Below, piece by piece: positions 8,497-17,120 of a stretch of DNA of 44,396 nt. This DNA is from Candidatus Wolfebacteria bacterium RIFCSPLOWO2_01_FULL_38_11. Lineage in GTDB: Bacteria > Patescibacteriota > Minisyncoccia > UBA6257 > UBA9933. Below the pieces are notes generated by a model. The model was not told the origin of the DNA. It worked only from the letters and a program-made list of their open reading frames with translations, and ran no database searches. Made by a program: the position numbers and the translations under genes. Positions within the stretch are counted from its first letter, which is position 1. Every line of letters starts with the position of its first letter. The stretch spans positions 3,450-47,845 of the forward strand of contig MGIQ01000023.1 in the NCBI GenBank assembly GCA_001793825.1, in the 5' to 3' direction.

Positions 8497-9609
8497 ATGA
8501 AATTTATTGTTTTAAAAAAAAACTTAAAAGACGGATTACGGGCAATTGAAAGAATAACTGATCAAAATTCTAATTTACCAATTTTAAAAAATTTTTTAAT
8601 TGAATCGTTTGATAATAAAATAAAAATTTCCGCCACCAATTTGGAATTAGCGGTTACTAGTTATATTTCCGGGAAAATTATAGAAAACGGAAGTTTAACA
8701 ATTCCTTTACATTTTTTTAATTCAATAATAAACAATCTTCAAACAGAAAAAATAAACCTAGAATCGGAAAATGAAAAATTAACAATTAAAACCGATAATT
8801 ATCAAGCGGAAATTAAAGGGATTAAAAAAGACGAGTTTCCAATTATCCCCAAAATTGAAAACGAAAAATTTTATTTAGAAATTAATAATTCTATATTAAA
8901 AAACTCTTTATCTTCAATTGTTAATTCAACCACAAACGAAAACAAACCAGAACTAAATGGTGTTTTGTTTGACTATCAAGACACATTGATAAAACTAGCC
9001 GCCACTGATACATTTCGCCTTTCGGAAAAAACAATTTTTAATACTCAATATAATTCAAATATTGAAAAAAAATTTAAAACTATTATCCCCACAAAAACAA
9101 TCCAAGAAGTTATAAGAGGGCTTCAATTTGAAGAAAACAACAACACTTCTATTTTTTTTGACCAAAATCAAATTTTATTTAAAAACGAAAGCATTGAAAT
9201 AATTTCCCGCCTCATTAATGGAGAATTTCCCGATTATTCCCAAATTATTCCCAAAAAATTCGAAACAGAAATTACTTTAAACAACAATGAATTGGTTAAT
9301 GCCGTAAAACTCGCCTCTGTTTTCTCCGACCGGCTAAACGAAGTAAAAATTATTATAAAAGAAAACGCTAAAAATATTGAAGTTTATTCGGCTGGAAGCA
9401 ATTTGGGCGAAAATAAATATCTTATCCCTGCAAAAATAAGCGGCTCTCCAATGGAAATAATTTTTAATTGGCGTTATTTGCTCGACGGCATTAAAAATTT
9501 AACCTCGGAAAACATTTTTCTTGGAATCAACAACAATAATAAACCCGCCCTTCTTAAGGCATCGGAAGAAATCTCCTGGTTTTATATTTTAATGCCGATT
9601 AAGAGCTGA
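8497..9609 (+). CDS. dnaN: DNA polymerase III beta sliding clamp
   Basis: Follows dnaA; ATNLEL, ATDTFRLS, SRLINGEFPDY, YILMPI. Confidence 0.97.
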   Translation: MKFIVLKKNLKDGLRAIERITDQNSNLPILKNFLIESFDNKIKISATNLELAVTSYISGKIIENGSLTIPLHFFNSIINNLQTEKINLESENEKLTIKTDNYQAEIKGIKKDEFPIIPKIENEKFYLEINNSILKNSLSSIVNSTTNENKPELNGVLFDYQDTLIKLAATDTFRLSEKTIFNTQYNSNIEKKFKTIIPTKTIQEVIRGLQFEENNNTSIFFDQNQILFKNESIEIISRLINGEFPDYSQIIPKKFETEITLNNNELVNAVKLASVFSDRLNEVKIIIKENAKNIEVYSAGSNLGENKYLIPAKISGSPMEIIFNWRYLLDGIKNLTSENIFLGINNNNKPALLKASEEISWFYILMPIKS

Positions 9610-11716
9610 TTAATAATCCCTGTTTCCAAAGTTGCACTGGAACTTCCCAGTTGTTGTATTGAGGATCGTCTTGTGGATTTTGAGGTAGGGGGTCTAGGGG
9701 ATTATTTTTGTCAATATAGTGCAGAATATTATGGACATTGCCCGAATCATCGGAATATTTTCCCCCAATCATTAATTTATCGGTTTCTTCGGAAGAAGCC
9801 GGTTTTTTAAATGTTTCATTTGGATATTTGGGAAGAACTTTTGACATAAAAGCATTCCAAATAGGCAAAGCTGCCAATATACTACCTGCGTTTTTTTGCA
9901 TTGGTTCCTGGTGGTTGTTTCCCGCCCAAACGCCAACCACAATTGAGGGAGTATATCCGATTGTCCAGGCATCTCGGTAATCATTTGTTGTTCCGGTTTT
10001 TAAAGCCACCTGATAATCGTCAAAAGCTGTTAAATAAAAACTTCCGCTATAAAGAGGTCTTCGCGCGTCTTCGTCGGATAAAACATCGTTTATCAGTTGG
10101 GCGTAAATCGGCTCCACCGCCATTATTGCTTGGTCAGAGGCCGATTCAATTGCTTTTCCTGAAGAATCTTCTATTTTTAAAACGATTTTTTGGTTATGTT
10201 TTATTCCTTCTTGTGAAAAAACAGAATAAGCTTCAACTAAGTCGATTAATTTTACTTCACCGCCTCCTAAAACCAGCGAAAGTCCGTATCTGTTCGGGTC
10301 ATTTAGGGTTGTAATGCCAAGTTCTTGGGCGGTTTTAATCGTATCTCCCAATCCAGCCAAATAAAGCACCTTAACTGCCGGAACATTGATTGACTGAGCC
10401 AGGGCATTTCTTAAATTGACTGGTCCTCGGAAGAGGTTGTCAAAGTTTTCTGGATGATAGCACTCTTTTGAACTGGAAGCGTAAATATTAACAATGGTCG
10501 GACAAGCGGGATTATTAGGGGCAAATTCAGTTGACAGGTCAAAGACAACTGTATTCGGAGTGTATCCCTTTTTAAAAGCCGTTAAATAAGCAAAAGGTTT
10601 GAAAGCCGAACCCGGCTGTCTTAATCCTTGGGCCGCCACATTAAAATTTCCTTCATTTTTTGAATCAAAATAATCTCTTGACCCGACCAACGCCAGAACT
10701 TGGCCGGTTTTTGGGTCTTGGGCAACCAATGAAGCGTTTTTGCCTTGATATAATTTTTCATTTCTTTCGCTTCCTTCTTTGATAACTTGCTCGGCTATCT
10801 GTTGCATTTCCCAATCAAGAGTAGTGGTGATTTTTAAGCCTCCTCTTTCCATAAAATCTTCCCCGTATTTATTGGCCAAATAATCTTTCACCATCATCAC
10901 GAAATGAGGCGCTTTGATTGAGCCGATATTTTGGCTGGTAAATTCAATGGCGTGATTTTTATTTCTTTCTAGCTCTTCTTTGTCAATAAATCCCACCTCG
11001 AACATTTGTTCTAAAACATAATTCTTCCGGTTCATTAATTCGGAAATATGAGCTCCCCAAGGAGAATAATAAGTCGGCGCCTTCGGCAAGCTTGCCAAAA
11101 GCGCTGCTTCCGCCAGTGAAAGGTCTTTGGCGGATTTGTTAAAATAAATTTGGGAAGCCGCTTCAATGCCGTAAGCGTTTGAGCCGTAAGAAATCTGATT
11201 TAAGTAAAGCTCTAAAATTTCGTCTTTTGAATATCTTTTTTCTATCCAATAAGACAATACCAACTCCTTAATTTTCCGGTCAACTGTTCTTTCCGAAGTT
11301 AGAAAAGCGTTTTTAGCCAATTGTTGGGTAATAGTTGAACCGCCTTGGACTACTCGGCCTTTTATCAAATTAACAATAAAAGCCCGCGCCAGCGCCCGCC
11401 AGTCAAAAGCCGGATGGCTGTAAAAATTTTTATCTTCAATGGCAATCGTCGCATTTTTAACATAATCAGGAATTTCTTCAAAGGAAACAACTGTTCTTTT
11501 TTCTTCGCCGTAAATTTCATAAAGCAATATTTCTCCGGTTCGGTCATAAATTTTGCTTGATTGAGTGATTTGGCGGCTGTTGATTGCCTGTTTTGGGTCG
11601 GGAAGTTCTTTGGTTATTTGAGCGACTTTTGCCAAAGAAAAAAGAACTATTCCGAAAAAAATTAGAATGAGCGCTCCGAATATTTTAAGTCCGATAAATT
11701 TTCGTTTTTTCAACAT
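9599..11716 (-). CDS. Class A penicillin-binding protein (PBP1A family)
   Basis: N-terminal TM; EDKNFYSH, QGGSTITQQLAKN, RKIKE transglycosylase motifs; SAFK, SIN, KTGT transpeptidase motifs. Confidence 0.95.
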   Translation of the reverse strand: MLKKRKFIGLKIFGALILIFFGIVLFSLAKVAQITKELPDPKQAINSRQITQSSKIYDRTGEILLYEIYGEEKRTVVSFEEIPDYVKNATIAIEDKNFYSHPAFDWRALARAFIVNLIKGRVVQGGSTITQQLAKNAFLTSERTVDRKIKELVLSYWIEKRYSKDEILELYLNQISYGSNAYGIEAASQIYFNKSAKDLSLAEAALLASLPKAPTYYSPWGAHISELMNRKNYVLEQMFEVGFIDKEELERNKNHAIEFTSQNIGSIKAPHFVMMVKDYLANKYGEDFMERGGLKITTTLDWEMQQIAEQVIKEGSERNEKLYQGKNASLVAQDPKTGQVLALVGSRDYFDSKNEGNFNVAAQGLRQPGSAFKPFAYLTAFKKGYTPNTVVFDLSTEFAPNNPACPTIVNIYASSSKECYHPENFDNLFRGPVNLRNALAQSINVPAVKVLYLAGLGDTIKTAQELGITTLNDPNRYGLSLVLGGGEVKLIDLVEAYSVFSQEGIKHNQKIVLKIEDSSGKAIESASDQAIMAVEPIYAQLINDVLSDEDARRPLYSGSFYLTAFDDYQVALKTGTTNDYRDAWTIGYTPSIVVGVWAGNNHQEPMQKNAGSILAALPIWNAFMSKVLPKYPNETFKKPASSEETDKLMIGGKYSDDSGNVHNILHYIDKNNPLDPLPQNPQDDPQYNNWEVPVQLWKQGLLISS

Positions 11717-11764
11717 AAATATTTTCTAATTTTATCAGTTATTAATTAAATTTCAATTTAAAAA

Positions 11765-11791
11765 CAAAAAAACCGCCTGAAGGCGGTTTTT
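11765..11791. terminator. Intrinsic terminator, possibly bidirectional
   Basis: AAAACCGCCT-GA-AGGCGGTTTT with A/T tracts on both sides. Confidence 0.75.
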
Positions 11792-11797
11792 ATTATT

Positions 11798-11983
11798 TTA
11801 GTAGTTTTCGTCTTCTTCGTTTCCGCCAAGCGATGAGTCATCATCTTCTTTTTCCGTGGAACTGTCTTCTTCGGTAAATCCGCAGCTTGGACAATTTCCA
11901 AATTCATCCATTTTATCGCCGCACTCCTCGCAAATTTTTCCCTTAGCTTGTATTGTTATAGTTTTTGATTCTTCAATAGCCAT
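11798..11983 (-). CDS. Small zinc-ribbon protein with acidic tail
   Basis: CEEC-x9-CPSC, D/E-rich C-terminus; fills the gap between ruvC and a terminator. Confidence 0.65.
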   Translation of the reverse strand: MAIEESKTITIQAKGKICEECGDKMDEFGNCPSCGFTEEDSSTEKEDDDSSLGGNEEDENY

Positions 11984-12011
11984 TTTATTTAAGGCAAATT
12001 TTACGACCTTT

Positions 12012-12494
12012 TTAGTATTGTCTTAAATTATTCAAAAAATTAGTCGCCGTAATTGCTACTGCCAGCGCGTCGCTTATATCGTCCGGTCCCTTGATTTTAT
12101 CTATTTTTAAAATATTTTCAACCATCTTTGCCACTGCTTTCTTGTCAGCCATTCCATATCCCGTAACCGCGATTTTTATTTCTGATGGCGAAAATTCCAA
12201 TAAAGGTATTTTGTGTTGGCCGACTATCAATGTCAAGACCCCCCGCGTCTCGGAAACCTCAACAGCGGTTTTAAGGTTTTTCATAAAAAATAATTTTTCC
12301 ACCGCCACCACATTTGGCTTATGTTTTTTTATGATTTTTGAAAGAGATTTGGCGGCTTCTAAAAGCCGGTCAGTCTTATTTTTGCTGAAAATTTCAAGCA
12401 ATCCGCTTTCTACAAAAAATAGATTATTTTTTTCTTTTTTTATCAATCCGTAGCCAACTCTTGTTGAACCCGGGTCAATTCCTAGTATTAACAT
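12012..12494 (-). CDS. ruvC: Holliday junction resolvase RuvC
   Basis: ILGIDPG, AVEKLFF, IKIAVTGYG, DDISDALAVA. Confidence 0.96.
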   Translation of the reverse strand: MLILGIDPGSTRVGYGLIKKEKNNLFFVESGLLEIFSKNKTDRLLEAAKSLSKIIKKHKPNVVAVEKLFFMKNLKTAVEVSETRGVLTLIVGQHKIPLLEFSPSEIKIAVTGYGMADKKAVAKMVENILKIDKIKGPDDISDALAVAITATNFLNNLRQY

Positions 12495-12561
12495 GGATTA
12501 TTGGCAACAATAAAGTCATTATTGATTATTAGTTTATAGCTATTAATTCTCGGTTTCAAGC

Positions 12562-12600
12562 AAATAAAAAGCCCCGCTCACTATTATTGTGGTCGGGGCA
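12562..12600 (-). terminator. Intrinsic terminator of the lipoprotein pair
   Basis: Minus strand GCCCCG...CGGGGC stem followed by TTTTTATTT. Confidence 0.65.
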
Positions 12601-12615
12601 GTCAGTCAGAATAAT

Positions 12616-13041
12616 TTAAGGCAGGTAAATTATTCTGGCCGAATCTCTTGGAGAAATCATTATAGTAAACGATTCCTCCTCTTCCCACGTTCCGAAATGG
12701 CGAGTGGGTATTTCTGTTATCAGGCGTATATAATGCGCGCCTTTCCTTAGTGGAACATCAGCCGTGGCGGCATAAGGCTTAAGAGAAGCTATTTTTTTGC
12801 CGTCAATTTCCACTCTCACCACTAAATGAGAGAGGTTCTTGAAAGTTACCAAACTTGGATCATCGTCCTTGCTCCTGGGTATATCAGCTGGTTGTCCAAA
12901 CGGAGTGTTCGGCGGCATATCAGGTGATATGGTAATCGGGTGTTCCTGCGGATGAATATATATCATTGCCGCTGGAACAGTTTTTCCGCCGCAACCAACT
13001 GCTAACAGCATCAGCATTAGAAAGGCGATTAGGTTATTCAT
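12616..13041 (-). CDS. Hypothetical lipoprotein
   Basis: Start revised to ATG 13041 (AGGAGG upstream); MNNLIAFLMLMLLAVG-C lipobox. Confidence 0.7.
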   Translation of the reverse strand: MNNLIAFLMLMLLAVGCGGKTVPAAMIYIHPQEHPITISPDMPPNTPFGQPADIPRSKDDDPSLVTFKNLSHLVVRVEIDGKKIASLKPYAATADVPLRKGAHYIRLITEIPTRHFGTWEEEESFTIMISPRDSARIIYLP

Positions 13042-13046
13042 TTTAA

Positions 13047-13625
13047 TTAATTCCCTCCTAAAAGTGATTTCCAAAGAGGACCCTGAAGATTAATGCCAAT
13101 CCCCGGGAATCCGTTAGTTGTTGGCGGAATATTTCCGGCATTAAACTCTAAAATCCAGCCAACATACCGGCCTTTGTAATAGCTGTTAACTCTTTGGTCA
13201 ACAGTTATATTGGCCGATTGCTTTGGTAAATCCACTCTATACCGCCAAAATCTAATTAAAACAAAGCGGTAATAGAACGGATAAATATCCACTCTGTATG
13301 ACCCAACCGGAAGCCGGTGAATTAAAATCTTTGGCAGGGGCCGTCCGTTTACCTCAAATACTCGGTCAGCTCCTTCAGTGTATATTGATCTAATCAGTCT
13401 GCCCGCTTGGTCTGTTATATAGAGATTGGCATGAGCTGTTCCTTGTTTTATAACCAAGCCAAGCGTCGGGTCATCTGGTCTGATGGGGAACGCCTCTTTT
13501 TCGCTTGTCGGAGCAGTGCTGATACTACTGCAGCTTAAAGCAGCGATGGCTAACATGAATAAGAAAAAAAGTACCCACAATTCCAGGAAAATCCTTACTA
13601 TGAATTTCTTCTGCGATTTTTCCAT
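13047..13625 (-). CDS. Hypothetical lipoprotein
   Basis: Signal peptide ending LAIAALS-C; AGGAGG 5 nt before ATG. Confidence 0.7.
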   Translation of the reverse strand: MEKSQKKFIVRIFLELWVLFFLFMLAIAALSCSSISTAPTSEKEAFPIRPDDPTLGLVIKQGTAHANLYITDQAGRLIRSIYTEGADRVFEVNGRPLPKILIHRLPVGSYRVDIYPFYYRFVLIRFWRYRVDLPKQSANITVDQRVNSYYKGRYVGWILEFNAGNIPPTTNGFPGIGINLQGPLWKSLLGGN

Positions 13626-13630
13626 AACCG

Positions 13631-13720
13631 CCTCCTGTTTTATTTATATTGGGAATCTTTAAAGCTTATTAACTTCTTAAAGAACGAAATAATTATATCA
13701 TATTTTTATAGAATCGTCAA
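13631..13720 (-). promoter_or_regulatory. Promoter, boxA-like motif and SD of orphan unit A
   Basis: TTGACG (13720-13715)-17-TATAAT (13697-13692) with extended TG, GTTCTTTAAG (13685-13676), AGGAGG (13636-13631). Confidence 0.8.
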
Positions 13721-13802
13721 TTCTAAATAAAATTGCTCTTTAATTGAATAAAAAAGCCCAAAACCCTTGTTTTTCTTTTTAATTCAATTTATTATTCTTA
13801 TT

Positions 13803-13937
13803 ATGTCGTTAACTTATCAGCCAAAAAAGAAAAAAAGAAAAAGAAGCCATGGCTTCCTGAAAAGGATGAGAACGCCGGGGGGGCGCAATGTTTTAAGCCG
13901 TCGGAGGAGAAAAGGAAGAAAAAAAATTACGGTTTAA
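13803..13937 (+). CDS. rpmH: 50S ribosomal protein L34
   Basis: Not in ORF track; [44 protein letters not shown], upstream of rnpA. Confidence 0.97.
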   Translation: MSLTYQPKKKKRKRSHGFLKRMRTPGGRNVLSRRRRKGRKKITV

Positions 13938-13956
13938 TAACTCAATCAATAAATTT

Positions 13957-14283
13957 GTGCTTGCCAAAAAATTCCGTCTTCCAATTCAGCAGTGGTTTAA
14001 AGAAAAAAGAAAATTTATCACTCGCAAAAGCGATTTTTTTATTGTAAGGGTTTCTTCCAATAATCTTCCCTACAGCCGCTTCGGAGCAATAATCAGTTTA
14101 AAAGTTTCCAAGTCAGCTGTTTTGCGCAATAAAATTAAAAGAGCAATTTTTAATTTTATTTATTCAAAAAAACTCCACGAAGTTCCCGGTAAGGATATTT
14201 TAATCAGTGTTTTGCCGAAAGCTTCCGAATTAACCAAGCAAGAGTTGGAAGAAAAATTAAAATCACTAATTCCTATATACTAA
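13957..14283 (+). CDS. rnpA: Ribonuclease P protein component
   Basis: SRFGAIISLKVSKSAVLRNKIKR (RNR motif variant); synteny. Confidence 0.93.
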   Translation: MLAKKFRLPIQQWFKEKRKFITRKSDFFIVRVSSNNLPYSRFGAIISLKVSKSAVLRNKIKRAIFNFIYSKKLHEVPGKDILISVLPKASELTKQELEEKLKSLIPIY

Positions 14284-14306
14284 ATACTAATCCCTATCTA
14301 CTAAAA
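14265..14306. repeat. Degenerate 7-mer tandem repeat x6
   Basis: actaatt cctatat actaaat actaatc cctatct actaaaa; supplies the rnpA stop. Confidence 0.7.
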
Positions 14307-14307
14307 T

Positions 14308-15051
14308 ATGGCCAACCTATTTAACCAAATATTTTATCAGCCGCTTTTTAACGCCTTGGTTATTTTATATGATTTTCTTCCCTGGCCTGATTTAGGCATT
14401 GCCATTATTCTTTTGACAATTTTTATTCGTTTGGTTTTGCTGCCGCTTTTCTATAAAGGCGCCAAAGATCAAGCTATTCTTCAACGATTAGCTCCAAGAA
14501 TAAAAGAAATCCAAAAAACTCATAAAGAAAACAAAGAAGAGCAAGCCAAGGCCATGTTTAATCTTTATAAAGAGCACAAAGTTAATCCTTTTTCCCAGTT
14601 TCTTCTTCTTATTGTTCAGTTGCCGGTTTTAATAGCTTTGTATTGGGTTTTTTCCCGAGGCATTACTCCGGAATCTCTGGAAAATTTATATTCTTTTGTT
14701 TCTGCGCCGGGAACTGTTAATAATTCTTTTCTTGGATTAATTGACCTAAGTAAAAAAAACATTATTGTCATTGGCTTGGCGGCTGTTGCCCAATATTTAC
14801 AAGCCCGGCTTTCTTTGCCTAAAATCAAAAACACCGATGATTTGTCAACCACTGAAAAAATGAGCCGTCAAATGTCTTATCTTGGCCCGGTTATGACTGT
14901 TTTTTTCCTTGCTTATTTACCTGCCGCTATCGGCCTTTATTGGTTGACAACATCCGTTTTTTCGGTTATCCAACAAGTAATAATCAATAAAAAATTAAAA
15001 GTCAGCAATGAACAACTGATTGCAATAGACAAAAAATTGCATTCAAAATAA
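14308..15051 (+). CDS. yidC: Membrane protein insertase YidC/Oxa1 (short form)
   Basis: GIAIILLTIFIRLVLLPL, LYKEHKVNP, QLPVLIALY, GLYWLTT. Confidence 0.95.
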   Translation: MANLFNQIFYQPLFNALVILYDFLPWPDLGIAIILLTIFIRLVLLPLFYKGAKDQAILQRLAPRIKEIQKTHKENKEEQAKAMFNLYKEHKVNPFSQFLLLIVQLPVLIALYWVFSRGITPESLENLYSFVSAPGTVNNSFLGLIDLSKKNIIVIGLAAVAQYLQARLSLPKIKNTDDLSTTEKMSRQMSYLGPVMTVFFLAYLPAAIGLYWLTTSVFSVIQQVIINKKLKVSNEQLIAIDKKLHSK

Positions 15052-15058
15052 TTTTATT

Positions 15059-15502
15059 ATGGATAATTTGCAAGATATTTTTAAAAAAATGATTGAGCTG
15101 ATGGGTTTCGATGATTTTTCCGTTTCTTATGACCAAGAAGGCAACCGATTGCTGGTTTTTATAAATGATGCTTTAATTTCCGAAAAGAATCTTCCGTCTT
15201 TTATCAATAATTTCGATTATTTGGCAAAAGTAATCGCTCAAAAAAACAACATTGAATCGATTTTTGTCGATGTTAATAATTATCGCAAAAAGCGGGAAGG
15301 ATTGATTTTGGAGCTCGCCCGCGCCGCCGCTCGAAAATCAGTGGCCGAAAAAAAAGAAATTTCTCTTCCGCCGATGAATGCTTACGAGCGCCGTTTGGTT
15401 CATGTGGATTTGGCTTCTCGGCCAGACATCAAAACCGAAAGCAGCGGAGAAGGTTCTTCCAGATGCATTGTCATTAAGCCCATTGAAAATAATTTTTTAT
15501 AA
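15059..15502 (+). CDS. jag: Jag/KhpB-like R3H RNA-binding protein (short form)
   Basis: DVNNYRK, LPPMNAYERRLVH R3H motif; follows yidC. Confidence 0.85.
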   Translation: MDNLQDIFKKMIELMGFDDFSVSYDQEGNRLLVFINDALISEKNLPSFINNFDYLAKVIAQKNNIESIFVDVNNYRKKREGLILELARAAARKSVAEKKEISLPPMNAYERRLVHVDLASRPDIKTESSGEGSSRCIVIKPIENNFL

Positions 15503-16384
15503 TCTTTTTGTCAAACTTTGAAATCCTAAATTTCCAAAGTAATTCGCTAATTTTTCTTTAGGCAAGCCGTTATATTTTAACTCTTCCAGATTTTTAATTT
15601 CCAAAGGCGAATCTCTCCTGATTTGAGCCAAATGTTTTGAAAGCAGGGCTTGTTCTTTAAATTCAAGAATTTTTTTATAATTTTTTTCTTCTTTTCCTTT
15701 TTCAAAAAATTCTTCCAAAGAATTGTATTTTTGGATTATCGGCGCCGCTGTTTTCGGCCCGATTCCCGGCACGCCCAAAATATTGTCGGAGGCGTCGCCC
15801 ACCAATCCCTTGTAATCGGGAATCTGCTTTGGCAAAACTCCGAATCTTCTTATCGCTTCTTCTTCGTTATAAATAATTGTTTCACTGATTCCTTTTTTAA
15901 TTGTTTCCACTACCACTTTGTCGTTTTCCACCAACTGCAAAGCGTCTAAATCTCCGGTCAAAATTATAATTTTCAAATTCTCTTCGTTTTTGAATTTTTC
16001 CGCCGCTGTGCCGATTAAGTCGTCTCCCTCAAATCCGGCAATCTCATATGTTTTTATTTCAAAATTTTCAAATAATTTATGGGCTTCGATTATTTGAGAA
16101 ACAAGCTCATCCGGCGCTTTTGGCCGGTGGGCCTTATATTCTTCAAAAACTTTTTTTCTGAAAGTCGGCTCCGGCCTGTCAAAAAAAGCCACGATAAATT
16201 CCGGTAGTTCGCCGTTGATTCCCGCTTCATTTGTTTTTTTGTCAGGGTGCAAAATTTTAATAAGAATACTTGCTAATCCGTATAAAGCTCCGCTCGGCTG
16301 GCCTTCTTTTGTGGTAAAAGGCGGCAAAGCGTGAAAGCATCGATGAATTAAGGAATTGGCGTCGATTAAAAGAAGAGTTTCCAT
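15497..16384 (-). CDS. Stand-alone 5'-3' exonuclease (PolA N-terminal domain)
   Basis: LLIDANSLIHRCFHALP, YKAHR, EGDDLIG, TGDLD, GDASDNILGVPGIGPKTA; no polymerase domain. Confidence 0.92.
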   Translation of the reverse strand: METLLLIDANSLIHRCFHALPPFTTKEGQPSGALYGLASILIKILHPDKKTNEAGINGELPEFIVAFFDRPEPTFRKKVFEEYKAHRPKAPDELVSQIIEAHKLFENFEIKTYEIAGFEGDDLIGTAAEKFKNEENLKIIILTGDLDALQLVENDKVVVETIKKGISETIIYNEEEAIRRFGVLPKQIPDYKGLVGDASDNILGVPGIGPKTAAPIIQKYNSLEEFFEKGKEEKNYKKILEFKEQALLSKHLAQIRRDSPLEIKNLEELKYNGLPKEKLANYFGNLGFQSLTKRL

Positions 16385-16449
16385 AATTTAATAATTATAA
16401 CACGTTTTTAAAGTTGTAATTAAAACGTAAAATTTATAAAATTGTTTAT

Positions 16450-16872
16450 ATGTATTTAATTTATGCTTTTTTATCGGCTATTACCGCGGCCGCTGTGGCG
16501 ATTTTTGCCAAACTCGGTCTAAAAGATATTGACCCCACCTTGGCAACCACCATTCGCTCGATTATTATGGCCGGAATTTTAGTAATTACCAGCATTTTTT
16601 TAAAAAAATTCAGCGGATTTTCCCTGAATTCTTTCAGTTCCCGCGATTGGTTTTTGATTATTTTAGCCGGCATTAGTGGAGCGCTTTCCTGGCTTTTTTA
16701 TTTTATTGCTATCAAATACGGCCTTGCTTCAAAAGTAGTTGCCATTGACCGCTTAAGCATAGTTTTTGTTATTTTTTTAGCTGCCTTATTCTTAGGCGAA
16801 GCTTTGGGTTGGAAATCGGTCTTAGGAGCTGTTTTAATGGTTTCAGGAGCCATTCTTATTACTTTAAAATAA
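16450..16872 (+). CDS. EamA/DMT family transporter (single repeat)
   Basis: Hydrophobic 140 aa; AIFAKLGL, SWLFYFIA, ASKVVAIDRLS, FLGE. Confidence 0.85.
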   Translation: MYLIYAFLSAITAAAVAIFAKLGLKDIDPTLATTIRSIIMAGILVITSIFLKKFSGFSLNSFSSRDWFLIILAGISGALSWLFYFIAIKYGLASKVVAIDRLSIVFVIFLAALFLGEALGWKSVLGAVLMVSGAILITLK

Positions 16873-16959
16873 CAGTTGAGCCGATTCTTTAAAGAACCGC
16901 ATAAATATTGGTTAAAATACGGCTCAATCGTTATTATTTTAGAATTCGCCGTTTTGCGC

Positions 16960-17102
16960 AAAAAAATGGGAGAGGCTAGATGCTCCTCTCCCTTAATACT
17001 GCAGCCTTCACTGCAATGGGCTACTGCCCTTATCATCCATCTCCGCCTCATACTTGCCACCTCCTTTTAGTTGAAAACTCTTTATGTTCTATATATATTA
17101 TA
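16960..17102 (-). other. Short minus-strand transcription unit (promoter, SD, hairpins, terminator) with no clear complete ORF
   Basis: TGG-TATAAT (17102-17097), AGGAGG (17065-17060), ATG 17051, terminator GGGAGAGG...CCTCTCCC + T7 (16992-16960). Confidence 0.5.
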
Positions 17103-17120
17103 CCATGCCTGTCAAGACTT

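Noticed and set aside
15651..15662. Additional GTTCTTTAAA match
   Set aside because: Inside a CDS on the antisense strand with no promoter or SD context; expected by chance in AT-rich DNA.
16698..17060. 120-aa minus-strand ORF as a full CDS
   Set aside because: Runs through a strong terminator and overlaps the EamA gene antisense for 175 nt.
16980..17120. 47-aa N-terminal extension of Tgt
   Set aside because: Not TGT-like; it is the antisense of the small minus-strand unit. Start placed at 17121.
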